Source: Takakia lepidozioides
Lineage: Eukaryota > Plantae > Bryophyta
Assembly (NCBI GenBank): GCA_030704615.1
Contig: CM060732.1
Location: 46,190,001-46,254,000, forward strand
DNA length: 64,000 nt
Direction: 5' to 3'
Made by a program: the position numbers and the translations under genes. Under the pieces are notes generated by a model. The model searched no databases. It was given only the letters and a program-made list of their open reading frames with translations, and was not told the origin of the DNA. Shown one piece after another: positions 24,741-39,360 of this stretch (its first letter is position 1; every line of letters starts with the position of its first letter).

Positions 24741-25634
24741 TCTTTCTGGACTTGTTATGTTGTCCCTATTTGTCATTCCTTTATTGGGTCAATGGTTTTG
24801 CAGCTAGCAAAGCCTTGTAGCGCCACATCCGTCATTTTCTGCAACTATGCTATCAATAAAGTGTCGTAGATTTGAACAAGTAAATATGGGCCATTCATTG
24901 GATCTCAACCTTATACAAAGCTTAAAGAAGCAAAATGAATATAAATATTAAAAATATAAATATAAATTAAGAAAATAATATATAAGGCTGTTTCATTTAA
25001 AAAAAATTAAACATATAATTCACATTGATCTAATCATTGGATTGAATTAAATTATTATCTCATTTTATTATATTTTAAATTGATTAAATTAAAAATTTAG
25101 AAGTAATGGTATATATTGCATGTATCCGGATTTAATATCTGAATTAATGTATAACCGTCGGATATTATAATATGAATATCCGGACTTATTTTTATCCATT
25201 AAATTTCGAAAAACTTATTCGACAGATATTAAAAAATGATGTTATTTTAATATCCGAATCTGTCAGATATATCCCTCTATCATTTCTCTAATATCTGAAT
25301 CCGACGGATATTAAAGAAAAATAAGAACCGCCCGACATTGTGCATTTTGCTTCTCAAAGTTGAACATCTTGGAGGGTAAGTGACTTGCCAAATCTCTCCA
25401 TCCTCTCATTTCTATCCTCTTCTATATTTTTGTAAAAGATTTTGTTTCCCTCGCTCCAGGACTTGAGGAAGTCAGTGGTCACATCACCCTTCTTTTTCTT
25501 GCCAGTTGAGTTGGTGAATGGTGCAGGGGATAAATTGGTGTACCTCTCCCGCGGCCCTGGCATGGGAGGTCGACATGAAGAGGAACATGTGGCTCATCTT
25601 GTGTATAATAATTCAGAGGTCGCCCAGATGTTAA

Positions 25635-26295
25635 CCCTTAAGCGCCAGTGCCTTTCTTTGATTAAAAAAAAAAACCCGACCCCAGGTGGAAAAATCGCCA
25701 GCATTTTCAGAAAAAAAGTAAATTTTGAAAAATTGACCGCAGATAATGTCCGCAACTACCCCCTGCATCTCCTGTAAAATTTTGAGGGCATTTGGCCCAA
25801 ATCTGGCAAAACGCCACCGTCGAAGGTGAGGCCCATTTTGGGATTACTTAGAAAAAAAAAAATCCAGCCGGTTTTTTATTTTTTTCAATGACGGGTTCAA
25901 ATCCGAATTCCATGAGACTGCTTTCCAGTAATGCCTACAAGACGCAGCATCTAACAAACCAAGAATGAACTCATTTGAATGAGATTGGAACATATGGCAT
26001 GCGGTCATCGCGGCTCCCTGCACAAGACCGGCTCAGGAAATGCAGGAGACACAGGAGAGAGAAAAACAAAGAACAACCTTCAAGGGAGGTAATGCGTGAG
26101 CACACCCCCCCTGAACTCCAGCCGTTTTTCTGGAACCCTAATTTATTTTTTGGAAGATCTGCATGCTGATCTTATGCTGCCATGTGGCTGGCATGAGCAT
26201 ACTCCAAAGGCAGATCTGCAAGATCAGATTTGCCAAAGATATGTAAAACAAACCAAAATAAAAAGCCCAAAACGGGCCTGGTGGGCGCCTAAGGG
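25635..26295. mobile_element. piggyBac-like non-autonomous element (MITE)
   Basis: TTAA|CCCTTAAGCGCC ... GGCGCCTAAGGG|TTAA: TTAA TSD, CCCT/AGGG ends and an 11/12 TIR match. Confidence 0.75.
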
Positions 26296-26725
26296 TTAAT
26301 GACCAAGCTACTTTCTCATGCCAGATTTGTTGAATCGAAATTGTTGTCTACTTACAAGCCAACACTGACGAGAGCTGCAAGACCCTCTTTTCGTTCAGAT
26401 GTCAGAAAAAGCTCTCCTCACCCACTAGCACTCACCTGTTCTGTTTGTCTCTCTCTCCACCTCCAAGTGCAAGAACATGGGTACACACATCATAGTCACT
26501 GGCACTTTTAAAAAACACATCTTCTTCATGGAGGATGCACATATCACATCACTACATACTTACTCACGATACCAATGAAAGCTGATACTACCTCAGGACC
26601 CTTAGTACTGTAATTGATCGTAGATAATAGTAAACAGTTGAACTCTATGTACGAAACAGAAAGGGAGGGTGCCTGCTCACTCCTGCCACAAGATGCACCA
26701 CCACGAACTACTACTTCCTAACGCA

Positions 26726-27487
26726 TCATTGAAACTGTTGTAGCCAGTCACCTCTTGGAACAGGGTTTGATTGATCTACATCAGGGCGGTGGTAGACATA
26801 CGATCGCACTCGCTCCCCCCTTTCGGTTACCACCTTCATTCAAAACAAGCGAGCCATATGCACTTTACATTTCGACATACATACTTCGGCGCCCTAGATG
26901 TGCGTGCAATCTACTCACCTGCTGCACCTGTTTTCATCCTCGGTCTTCTACGCTTCCCTAATTGGTAATTGACTTGATTATGTGGGATACACGAAATTGG
27001 CAGAACATAACTGCGTTTGCTTCTTGAAGGAGCAGAGTAGCTCAAACGCAACCAACTTCTTTAATCTTCACCCTCTTCCAATCCAATTCCATGCCTACCA
27101 AGGCACAAATGCGGATTACCGATAACATACCTCCACTATGTCTCGCTCATAGATTTGAGGAGAGTACTCCCGTGTCTCAGATTCCCGCAGCAAGGCGGCT
27201 ATGGCGCTGGAATTACCAGCCTTCACAACGTAACCCATCACAGCGTGCCCCGACTCCTCCAATCTTACCGCAGCATGTTCCACACCTCCTCTCCTGAAGG
27301 CATAGAGTCGGCCTCCAAGCAGCCACGCCTTCTTAGTATGTCCTGCATCACTCAGCGGCTCTGTGTTCCCAGGCACATCAGGCCGCAACTTCCCATACAC
27401 AAAGATGTGATCAGCCTCCCCAGCAGCCACAGCTGCTGCAGCACTCCCCAGCTGGGACCCCGTCTCTTGTGGCACTGGAAGCCCCAT
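26726..27487 (-). CDS. Gamma-glutamylcyclotransferase/AIG2-like protein. Exons 27487-27131, 26833-26726
   Basis: HIFVYGKLRPD (FVYGxL signature)..AVMGYVV..YERDIVE|VVTERGERVRSYVYHRPD..PVPRGDWLQQFQ*, with a GT-AG intron. Confidence 0.85.
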
Positions 27488-28610
27488 CCCCCTCGCCCTC
27501 TTCTCTCTCACGGCAGACTGTTCTCTCCTTTTCTCGTCACCGTGTGGGGGATGTGGCGTTCAATAAATGTTTTAGAAGTCAGAGAGTCTATCCACTGTTC
27601 TCAGTTTAGGACTAGGTACTTAAAACTGAATCCGACATAATTAGTCGGTCTTTATTGCTATTGAGCACCGCTAAAACTTGAATGAGCTGTTGGTCTACAT
27701 CTTGTCAGAGATTGGGCTGCAGTTTCCAAGACCGGCTCACTGCATTACAAGTACAGGCCATCCAAGCTTGGGTGGCGTCCATGCTCAAGACCTGGGCAAG
27801 TGGAGCATCTCAGGAGAATGAAGGAATGAAAAGCTGCATCCCCCATGAAGTCAAACTTTGTGAGTTGACAGTAAGCAAGCAAGAAAATGGATTTGCAAGT
27901 GAAGAAGCGGTCGAGCCCAGTCCCATATATGAGTGAAGCACACGATTTGTTTCATTCAAACACAGTTTCATGCTCATGGGTTTCTCTTTGAAATTTCTCA
28001 TACAGCTGCCTCTCATGTTTGTGTTGTCACGAAAACCACCGTGGTTACTGCCTCTGGGAGATTGGAGGGATCTCACAATGAAGTGTTTCTATGCAGAACA
28101 ACTTCACCAGGCTTGGATCAGTGAAGAGTCACAAAAAATGCATCTCTACAGCTCAACTGTGAATTTCAGGGGGATAAGAACGACAAGTCTTCTTGCTCAT
28201 CTTTCAACCAGGGTTGCCTGTGCAGTCTGAAGCAGCACCTCGTGTTGAATTAATCGGGTCATTCTGCGGGCCACCCCCAGTAACCAGGCCTATTGAAGAT
28301 ACCATTAAGAGGTTGTAGTACTTCTGAAAATGCAGAAATTTACCGGGTGCTAGCTGATATTGGCTACAGGTATTGTGTCCAAGACAACACAATCATAACA
28401 GAAAGTGGCCAATGTTAGGGGTAATGCCTATAACTCTCAACTCCTCCGTAGAGTCAATTGCCTTGCATTGACTCCCTATTGAAACTCAAGTGGACAGAAA
28501 CTGCCTATATGATTCACCCGAGGGATTTGTGGTGGATTGCTTTCATGTTTAGTAGCATCTATCCATCAGCCACATCAGTGAGCTAGCCTGTTCCATTTTG
28601 TACTGTCGTT

Positions 28611-31600
28611 TTAACTTTTTGACCGGAAGAGCTCCAGGTTGAGGTCAGGCCGGGCAAATTGACGATTGTCCATGACTGCATCTCCTGCCAGGGAAGTAAG
28701 AAAGAGATTTATGACACTGCAGGAGGTCCAAAGGACCCGAGAGGCACAGAATAGAACAGAATAGAACCATACAACTAGAACCAAAGAACTACTCAACTGT
28801 GGTATGAAGGTGGAATGCATTGTGCAGGTAGGGGCAAGATCTTTGGATTTTCATAGCTTAAGTGTCAGCCGGCGTGGGAGAATCTCTATAGGGTACCGAT
28901 AACTGCCCTGGACCACAGGGGAAGGCATCAGGAGTCGATCACAAGCTGAAATATGCAGATACTGCATGATTCGCACGGATCTTGGTGGAATATTAGGATA
29001 ATATTCTAGCTGCAATGGATATTGTATACCAGATTATCAACAACCAATCATTGGATGTCTGGGACCTCGTCTTCAACCCCCATTTATCTTTCATGAATAA
29101 CCAACCCCAGCCCCCTCTCTCTTACCCAAATGTTCAACTGAATATTAACAATGGATGGGAGGGCAATCGACTTACTTGATGGCATGCCTAGTTGTTGGTC
29201 CCATTCCTCAAGAGTCTGCAAATCGCACACCGGACAAAAGAAAGTTGATTTGATGTACTTGAACAACCCTTCAGGTTGATTTGAACCCAAATTGCAACTG
29301 CTACTATTTGCAAGAATAAGACCTATATTTTGCAGTCAATAATTACTGAGGTCAATGAAAGTAAGCATCCAATGCACCTTCAAGAGGAACACTCACATAC
29401 CCGTTTCGCATATGATGTGCAAGGCAGCGTCTTGAAGTAAGATACAGGCCACATACCTTCACAAAAGAGGCGTAGACAGAGTCATCAGCATCGCTGACCA
29501 AAGGTAAGCCCGCCCGGGCTTGCAAGCGTTGTAACAAGACCCGATTTCTTACTAGATTATTTCTTGCTTTGTCAATCAGATCCTGCACCCTTCACACAGT
29601 GTAAATGCCATCACTACACTGTGTAAGAACATTGAAACTAATGCACCACACCCCCGGACCTGCGTTAGTGCTGGACATCCTTCAACTCTCTCACAATTTC
29701 TGTTCGTGAGAGGTCCTTGGGCACAAGGCTACAACAAGAACAGCCTAATACAAACAATGTCTCTTCCTAGTATCATACTCGCCCTCTCCACAAAGCTTAG
29801 ATTGAGGCCAAATCGACCAGGTTTTGGGATCTGCCCCAGAGATGGTGATGGGGCATACTCATTGGAAACTTTGAGACACAGAAAAGCTGACAGCTGAAAG
29901 GCTGAAATATGTAGCCCTATCTTCACTACAGTATAAGTCTTGGCCTGTCTGGAAGAGGAAGAAGGGTCTTTGCAATAGTGAAAACGAAGTTTTATAGTTA
30001 AGTAATCTAATTAATTCAAGGAATCTTCAAAATCCCTAATGCACCTTACATGGATGTTAGCTCCACTTTAGTACAAATCTAATTGTGTCACCATGCCATA
30101 GAAAAAACTTCCCAGCATAATATGTGGCTACCTGCTTTGCAGCCAAAAGCTTGTCACACTCCTCCTTCAAAAGGGGAAGGTCTTCATGTATCTTTTTGAT
30201 GCGGGCGACCAGCTTCAGTGGATTCACCTGCATTCAAGGTAACTTGATGCAAGTCAATTTCCCATCAACACTAACAAAGCAATGACAGGAGGAAGAAAAG
30301 CAAAGGAGAAGTGCCGCTAGACAAGAGCTCCTTCATACATAAAGCTACTGCCTCTTAGCAAGAGGTGTATATAGAACAGCTGGTGCAAGTGCAGCACACT
30401 CCAAAATTTCCTGAGAGGCTGGGAAGTCGCCAGCTACCATTTGGTAAAGGCAATACCTCTCCTCATGCTCAGACATAGCCACTGTGCATTTGCCCCAGGA
30501 CCACCCAACAATTGACTCACAGCTGGGCCACTTCCAAGTTTGATTTGTGGAGATTGAGGGTTTCTTACATGGTTGGCATATGTCTCATCAAACTCTATCT
30601 CCAATTTCTTTTGCACAAACTGTGGACAAGCACAACATAAAACGTAGTTCAAACTTCTGCATCACTGTGTCCATCTGTCCTGGTGTATCAAAGTCTTCAC
30701 GTGAGTTCCATTTTGGCCAAACCCTACTGAGGAGGTACTCGTGAGACCATGACTCCTGCAGATTGCCATCCACCAACTTTTCTTTTATCTCCACTCCATG
30801 AGTCTATGTAAGCCGTAACTCAGCATGTTGGACTATTTCTCCATCTCAATCTGCCTCTGAGGGTAATTTTGGTCAAAGAGAAAATAAAGAAGAAACGAAA
30901 ACTTTACAGCTTCCTCAGGACCAGAGGGGCTAAGTATACCCAGAAGAATCCATACTCACGAAATCCCATCGGCAAAAATTAAGAAAGAACCCAAAAAGTA
31001 ACTCTAGGATGTCCACGAACAACCCAAGAGGTTATGGGACAAGAGCCCCATAACAATCAAAGAAATACCTAGAAACTAGGTCGAATCCCTGCACGAAGAC
31101 TGACAATCTCGCGGAGTAAAGCTGGCAAAATCCTCTATCCACACCTGACTGTATAGTCCCCGCGGTGCCTGTGGGTTTAGCCCGCCGGCGTATATATTCC
31201 AGCCCGAGTATGCAACTCCAGCACAATCCAGTGGAGAATTGAATGGAAGTATGGGCTGGAGTTGACATAGCATGTCCAGCACTGCTTTCTAGCTTGATAA
31301 AGATGTGATTCATGCGGCTAAAGTTTTCTGCGTGTGTGTATGTGAGAGAGGGAGATCCACAATTATGGAACTTCCTCGTGAACTGAAGGTCTGATATATC
31401 CTAATGGGCGCTAACAATAAGATTCCAACACATACAAGAAATCAAACACAGGAGCGCCCTTACATATTAGTCAGTTGCGGGTGAGCAAAATGACGATTTC
31501 CTCACAGACTGCAAAGCAAACACAGGGCAGCGGAAGAACAACCTTAAGAGTAGCATCGGCATTCTCAAACTGAGCCTCCAGGGTCTTCACAGCACTTTCC

Positions 31601-31626
31601 GTGGCACCGCTGAACCCTACCTCCAT
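28611..31626 (-). CDS. SKA2: Spindle and kinetochore-associated protein 2 (SKA2-like). Exons 31626-31543, 30619-30569, 30227-30132, 29582-29457, 29215-29176, 28684-28611
   Basis: Spliced translation: MEVGFSGATESAVKTLEAQFENADATLK-FVQKKLEIEFDETYANH-VNPLKLVARIKKIHEDLPLLKEECDKLLAAKQ-DLIDKARNNLVRNRVLLQRLQARAGLP..-TLEEWDQQL..-DLNLELFRSKS*. All introns are GT-AG. Confidence 0.88.
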
Positions 31627-32089
31627 CTCTCCTTCTCTCTCCCAAATCTCTCGATCTTCACAGCAATCTGGAGCTGAAGAAATGGCGGGAAGCTTTCGGG
31701 CCTTGGACACCCGAGAGCTCAAATCAGATCCGAAACCTGGACTCAACTGTGAGACGATGAACTATAACAACCTCCAGGATGGTACTTTAGTACGGAATCT
31801 TGTGCACTGCACAACTGTCGGTTGGAGTTTGTTGTCTTTATCTTAGCTGCTAGGACATAACCGAAGGGTGTATCCCATAACCGACTGGTCAGTTTTATAA
31901 CCATACCATTTTGTGACAGTTACAAATTCTTACTTGTTTTTCCGTTGCAGTAAGGGGATATCATTTATTTTCTTAACTCGCAAAGTGTTAGACACTGAAA
32001 TTTAAGGACAATGTGATCATCCGAACCGATGCTTGTTCAAGCGACGAAGGTCGACTTGTCTGGAAACAAGCATAACTTATGGTGTCACT

Positions 32090-32580
32090 TCACCGTTTGG
32101 AAGGTGGGCCATATAACTACGAAAATCTGGAACCGACCAATAACCGGCTCGAATAGTCCTCGAATGGAGGTCATATAGAGCTTATTAGAGCATCCTCCGT
32201 CTGGAAGGTGGGCTATAACATTACAAAAATCCGGAACCGACCGGGACCGGCTTGGATAGGCTCAAATTGCGGACAGTTGGGGAGGTCATATAGAGCTTAT
32301 TAGAGCATCCTCCGTCTGGAAGGTGGGCTATATTATTACAAAAATCCGGAACCGACCGGGACCGGCTTGGATAGGCTCAAATTGCGGACAGTTGGGGAGG
32401 TCATATTTATTAGAGCAGAAGGTGGGCTAGGAACCGACCGCCGGCTTGGATAGGCTCAAATTGCGGACAGTTGGGGAGGTCATATAGAGCTTATTAGAGC
32501 ACCTCCTTTTGGCTATACAGAACATTATGAAAATCCAGAACCTGCTCGAATTGCGGACAGTTGAGATTATTAGAGCATCT
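32090..32580. repeat. ~115-bp tandem repeat (4-5 degenerate copies) in the SKA2/TUA intergenic promoter
   Basis: The unit CCGTCTGGAAGGTGGGCTATA..GGAACCGACCGGGACCGGCTTGGATAGGCTCAAATTGCGGACAGTTGGGGAGGTCATATAGAGCTTATTAGAGCATCCT recurs. Confidence 0.9.
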
Positions 32581-32599
32581 TCAAAGTTTGAAACTGCAT

Positions 32600-32609
32600 C
32601 CCAACGGTC
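32600..32609 (+). promoter_or_regulatory. MSA (M-specific activator, MYB3R-binding) element
   Basis: CCCAACGGTC matches YCYAACGGYY and lies ~190 bp upstream of the tubulin ATG. Confidence 0.45.
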
Positions 32610-32743
32610 TGCACGTAAAGGGAGCGGGAGGAGGTGAAGTCTGCTACTTCTTGAGGACGTCTTCGCAAACGTCTCCGTCGAAGTTCTACTTCCTGTAACT
32701 GGTTTCTGTGTTTGTCTTGACTGATCGCTGTGTCCGTAAATAA

Positions 32744-34563
<1,820 letters not shown>

Positions 34564-35622
34564 GTTTAAGTAGCTGTAGCATCCAGAAATGTAAGACGTT
34601 AATCTACATTCGTGTACAACATTAACTACGTGATTTTTTGTCTCTAAAACAATGACAGTCAGTATTTATCTGAACTCTTGTGCCTAGCCTTAAATTTTTG
34701 AAAATTTGCTTCCAGCTTCGGCGATGTAATTTGGAAGGTTTAACTCTTAACGGTTGTGTTCTCGAAGCACTGCATTCAGTGACTCTTGTGAAGTGGAAGG
34801 GAAATCTAGATTGGCTTCAAATGACGCGCCCTGATTCCCATAATTCAATCTTATAGGAGACGGGGACCGTGATGGACCGGGGAATCTGGATGCCTTGAGT
34901 TAACAATCTCTATGTTGCTTTTAATTTGAAGGTCTGATGTAACAGGGAAGGTCAGTTAATAGATTCGAGCAGCTGCGTAAGATATACACCTACAGGCTGC
35001 AACTGTACTGGTACGTGCTAACCTTCAGTTCATTCAATTCTTCCAATACGAATCCAATATGCCTCTCAACGTAGACAAGCGCAGGGAAGTTGCGGAGGCT
35101 CGACAAACAACAAATCCTCCGTGCGCAGAATACCAAGGTAACTTGGTGGGAACCTCAAATAAGAGGGAAATAGTCCCGTTTCCATAATTTTGATTTCGTG
35201 ACTTTTGGACTTTCCCACAACATCTATATCTTTATGAGGAAAACGTGAGGATGCAATGGGCTCTTCCATCGGACGATCTACAAGTGTCTTTGGTCTCTTA
35301 TTGGGGAAAGAAGACTTCGTTTGAGTGCTTTTGTGGGTGACCCTTTGCTTTTGATCCCTGTTTTAATCCTCGCAACCAGCGTGCTTCGGCAGGGCAGGGA
35401 TCGGGAGTCTGAGAGCAAGGGAGGATCGATTTTGATTGCAAGATTTAGTCCTCTAGTTGTCCACAGCTTATGCAATTCATTCTAACTTCCTGACTCGCGC
35501 AAACCTTGAATCGCTCTGTCTGATTTGAGCCGGCCTGACAATAGCCCAGTGGTAATGGGCACATACCACCTCCAAAGTGGTTGTGGGGTCAATCCACCTA
35601 TTTGTGTCACAAAGGTTCCTTA

Positions 35623-38000
35623 CAGTGTTGTGCGGGTCCTGCCTTTTTAAGGAACCCACCGGGTCCGGTTCGGGGTTTCTTTTGGAGCCTAGGGGGGTTT
35701 GGATCCGGGTTTTCGAAATTTGGAAAATCCTAATCTGGGTTTGGGTCCAGGGTAGTTGCTGGAAAATAGTAACGGTTCCGGGTTCGGATCCGGGTCCTAA
35801 TTAATTCATTAAATAAATTAAAAATTTAGATTAATTAGAAATAAATGTTTTTGGCTAGAAAAAAGAACTAAATCCTAATGGCGAATTTTGTTTTAAAGCA
35901 TTTTCCTTCAAGATGTACCATGCGAACATATATGGCTCCTCCATATACTATCCACATGATGATACTAACATTGAATTTCAGTTGATCCATCATTTTTTTT
36001 TCATTCAATTTCAATTCTTAGAGAAATGCAATATGCCTCAAGGTTCACAGACTACTATAGGAAGGATAGCAAAATTCTGTCTTGCTCAAAAGTTCACCTT
36101 CTACAATCAAATCCTCGTTCGCAGTTATAAGGATCTCTTCAGTATCCAAAAAGAAATACTGAAGCAACCATGTCAACGATCATCTTGCCAATTCTTATAG
36201 ATGCTTACAAGCATGTCCAAAAGTCTCAATGCCCAATTTGCATCTCCTCATAAATTCGTGATGATCCATGCCATGCTAAAGATTCTCTCTACCTCAATTT
36301 GTGAGCTAACGATCCTAAACATTATTTGTGTCAATATCCCACATATGGAAATTTGGCTTCATGCTCCTTCCACCATGTCAAAGCAGCTACAGAATCTGCT
36401 TCACTCACACCTCTCATTCTGAAATGCATCATCTTTACCACCGAAAGTGCTACCTCGGAATTGGGTCTTTGTATTGCAAACAAAGACATGTCTTCCACCA
36501 CAGATGAACAGTCTTCATCATCCACGGTTTGAGGGTTCAGGATGTTTAAGCATTTCACAAGAAAAGGAAACAACATCTTGGTATCATACTCATAGTGCAT
36601 CCGCATCTCGTGGTCTTTTCCAACATACTGAGCCAATAATGACAAATTTTTGAACCGAAGATCAAGCATGAGGTAAAGCGAGCTCTACGTGCGTGGTAGG
36701 TTTCCATAAAAGACAAAAATGGCTCCAATACTGCCACCACCTCTTTCTTCATCCGCCATTCCAACAATGCTAGTTCTATCTCAATTTCACCCATGCACTC
36801 ACTAGCATTGCCTCCTCTAGGATGAATGCTACCTCGGAATCGTGTTGCCAGTAATTGTTGTCGCAAGAGCATCAGATAATAACCAATACCCACGTGATTG
36901 GTTCAACACACACTCATGAAGCACCGGCCCAAGCGTTGAAGAGAGACGTTGTGCTATTGCCCAAACTTGTGGCATTGGCACACGAGACTGAAGTGCCATA
37001 GAACTTTAACGTGAATAATATGTTATGATTGCTTGTTTGAATTCCAAAGTTTCTTGGAAGAATAGTACCTTTGAACCAAACTGTGTCTTCACTGGTGTCT
37101 TGAGTTTGCAAGACTGCATCCCTCTATCAAGGCAAGCCCTTGTCCATTCTTGTCTCTCTTTGCCATTTTTTTTTTGTCCATGTGATAGTCTTTTGCAAGT
37201 CAGACTAGGCATCCTTGATAGAGACTGTTGTCATGTCGTTATACACCTTGGCGTCATTTGTTGCATATTGACAACATTTAGACATTGCATGTCCAAAGCA
37301 CGCACCTATGAATGGCCCTGGATTTTGGTTCAGGACCATCCTTCTCAACCATGGTAATTCCACAAAAGACAAAGGCACAGACTCATTTGAAATGAACATA
37401 ATCAAATCTTCCACAAACTGCTTTTGCTTCTCATCATGGAGTGCATACGGAACTTCGCTCCCAAAGTATTTTGCTATGGTCTCTGGAGTAGGGCCAGACC
37501 TCTTTTTGGCTGGATTGCGAGTTACAGATCTTCTCTCTCCTTGTCCAACCACTTAGCATATAGCCTCTTGTGTTTTGTATCCACATGCTTGAGAAGCATA
37601 GACGTACATTGTTTTCTCTTGTAAACGATGTAGCCAGCTTTCTTTCCATTGTTGCAACCATCCAGGTGACAAATGACACACCTTAGTGTTTGTGCATTGA
37701 CCGTTTGAATAGGTTCATCATCTGCCACTACAAAGAACGTCTATGTTGTCAAAGCCATGTTGTGTGGATGCCAAAATTCTCGCTGCTTCTCTAGGATCTC
37801 CAAATTTACATCTGCATTCACATCTTGTTCTCCTATAGATATTGTGAAAAAAGACATCCCAATTGCAGATGTAGCTGGAATTTTCAAAGATGATAATGTC
37901 AATTGAGCTTCAGAGTCATGATTGTGTGCACTTGTCGAGACATTATTAGGAATTCGAACAACCGTTACATCCATTTCCAATTCATCAAAGAAATTTGGTT
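35623..38000 (-). mobile_element. Degenerate hAT transposon (BED finger, DDE core, hATC dimerisation domain)
   Basis: CVICH..TSMLLKHVDTKH (BED), VPLSFVELPWLRRMV, GACFGHAMSK, KLKTPVKTQF, ALTWWKEHEAKFP..IERIFS. A CAGTGTTG terminus with GGTTC/GGATCC subterminal repeats lies at 35623-35800. Many stops and frameshifts. Confidence 0.85.
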
Positions 38001-39112
38001 CTATGTAAACAACGAAATGTATTTAATCCTACAAAATGGACATGCCAACAACATAAACACATTTGACATGAACTCAATCTTCCCAACTATTGACCAATTT
38101 GGCATCTTCTCCTTATTCTAGTTCACGCACCACAAACACAATCCTTCCTGCATTCATGAAATATAATGTATGTGTAACAATGATTAATGTATATTAGTAT
38201 TTGAATATAAACCATGGTCTATTTGCAGTGGGTTCAAACCAGTACATGAACTTGGCAGAATTATCAAGAGTTTACCATAACACACATAATTATCTAGTCT
38301 CTACTCTCTGGTGATCTTTGTACTATATTAAACATATGCATGCTTAAAACCATTGATCATTGCATCAGTACATCATAAGACCATTTGGTTTATTGTTCAA
38401 CTATCTAACACTGACTTGGGCTGTTTGTGCAAGCTGGTTGTTCTCTATGGCAGATTGTTGGCTAGCTGATCAGTGACAGACCTGCAGCAAACATAGCACA
38501 GAAAGGTTCATCAAGCATATTCAGGATGACGCCAAATTTGTGAATAGTAGCTTAGGAAGTTTTGGAACGTCACGCTTCTCTCTCAGCTCAGCCATTGAGG
38601 GTGATGGGATATGAACATAGTCAGCTAGTTTTGGAGTAGGGGATGTTGGGGTACTATATTTGGTGCGCCACTTAGTGGCGCTCGTGTGCATCATCACATA
38701 GCTTTGGGTCAGGGAGTGCCTGGGCAGGACAGAGTTTTATGTCAGGAAGTGTCCGAGTAGTGCAACAGTGATCAGTGCGTTTATAGCGCAGTTTTGATAC
38801 CATGGTTGTTTGGCAATTTTCATAGTTGCGCATCCTTGGAGCAGAACAGCAGCCATGTATGTTTTGCATATAGAGGGTAGCACGGGGCATGCCATAGCGG
38901 GGGGGCATCCAGCTTCTATTGCTCAAAGGCCCATGTCTTTTAGCTATCTGCATGTACATATGCTTGGATCCCTTTAACCACTTATGACTACATGTTTTAA
39001 GGGCATGTTGTGCTCGTTTCGTGTTGAGGCATACCAGCTAGTGCATATCTTTGGGACAAAGATGTTTCTGGCATAATGATAAACCCATAACCGTTCACTG
39101 ACAGGCATTCAC

Positions 39113-39360
39113 TTTTTTGCCTCGGTTGTCCCACCAGTTACTGGGGTCAGAAAAGTATTCATCCCACAGCTTCTTCTCATATCTGTTACCTGTTTTTGGA
39201 TACTTAGGGACAACTCTGATAGCAGGGGAATTCAGGGTGAAATATGTTGAAGAAGGTACCTTCATTAGCAGTGGGCCTTGTTCTATCAATTGCGCTGCTG
39301 CCATTGCTGTTTCCAGTTGACCATCTACCCACTCGTAGCCATTGTGCTATTGAAGAAGGT
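39113..39360 (-). pseudogene. Exon fragment with an OSB-type PDF motif half (LWDEYFSDPSNWWDNRGKK|GT)
   Basis: ORF 39095..39304. WWDNR is the first half of the PDF motif of organellar ssDNA-binding OSB proteins. The segment is joined directly to the PPR array at ~39361. Confidence 0.75.

Noticed and set aside
22383-25340. hAT-like element suggested by TATCTG/TATCCG subterminal repeats and CAGGGCCGAG / CCCGACATTG ends
   Set aside because: The TIR match is weak and no 8-bp TSD was found, so it was not called.
25354-25563. Possible Harbinger/trihelix-like protein fragment
   Set aside because: Only compositional resemblance, with no diagnostic motif.
32090-32580. CRISPR-like appearance of repeats (also 18570-18700 and 42890-43110)
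   Set aside because: They are plain tandem repeats without unique spacers, in a eukaryotic context with no cas genes.
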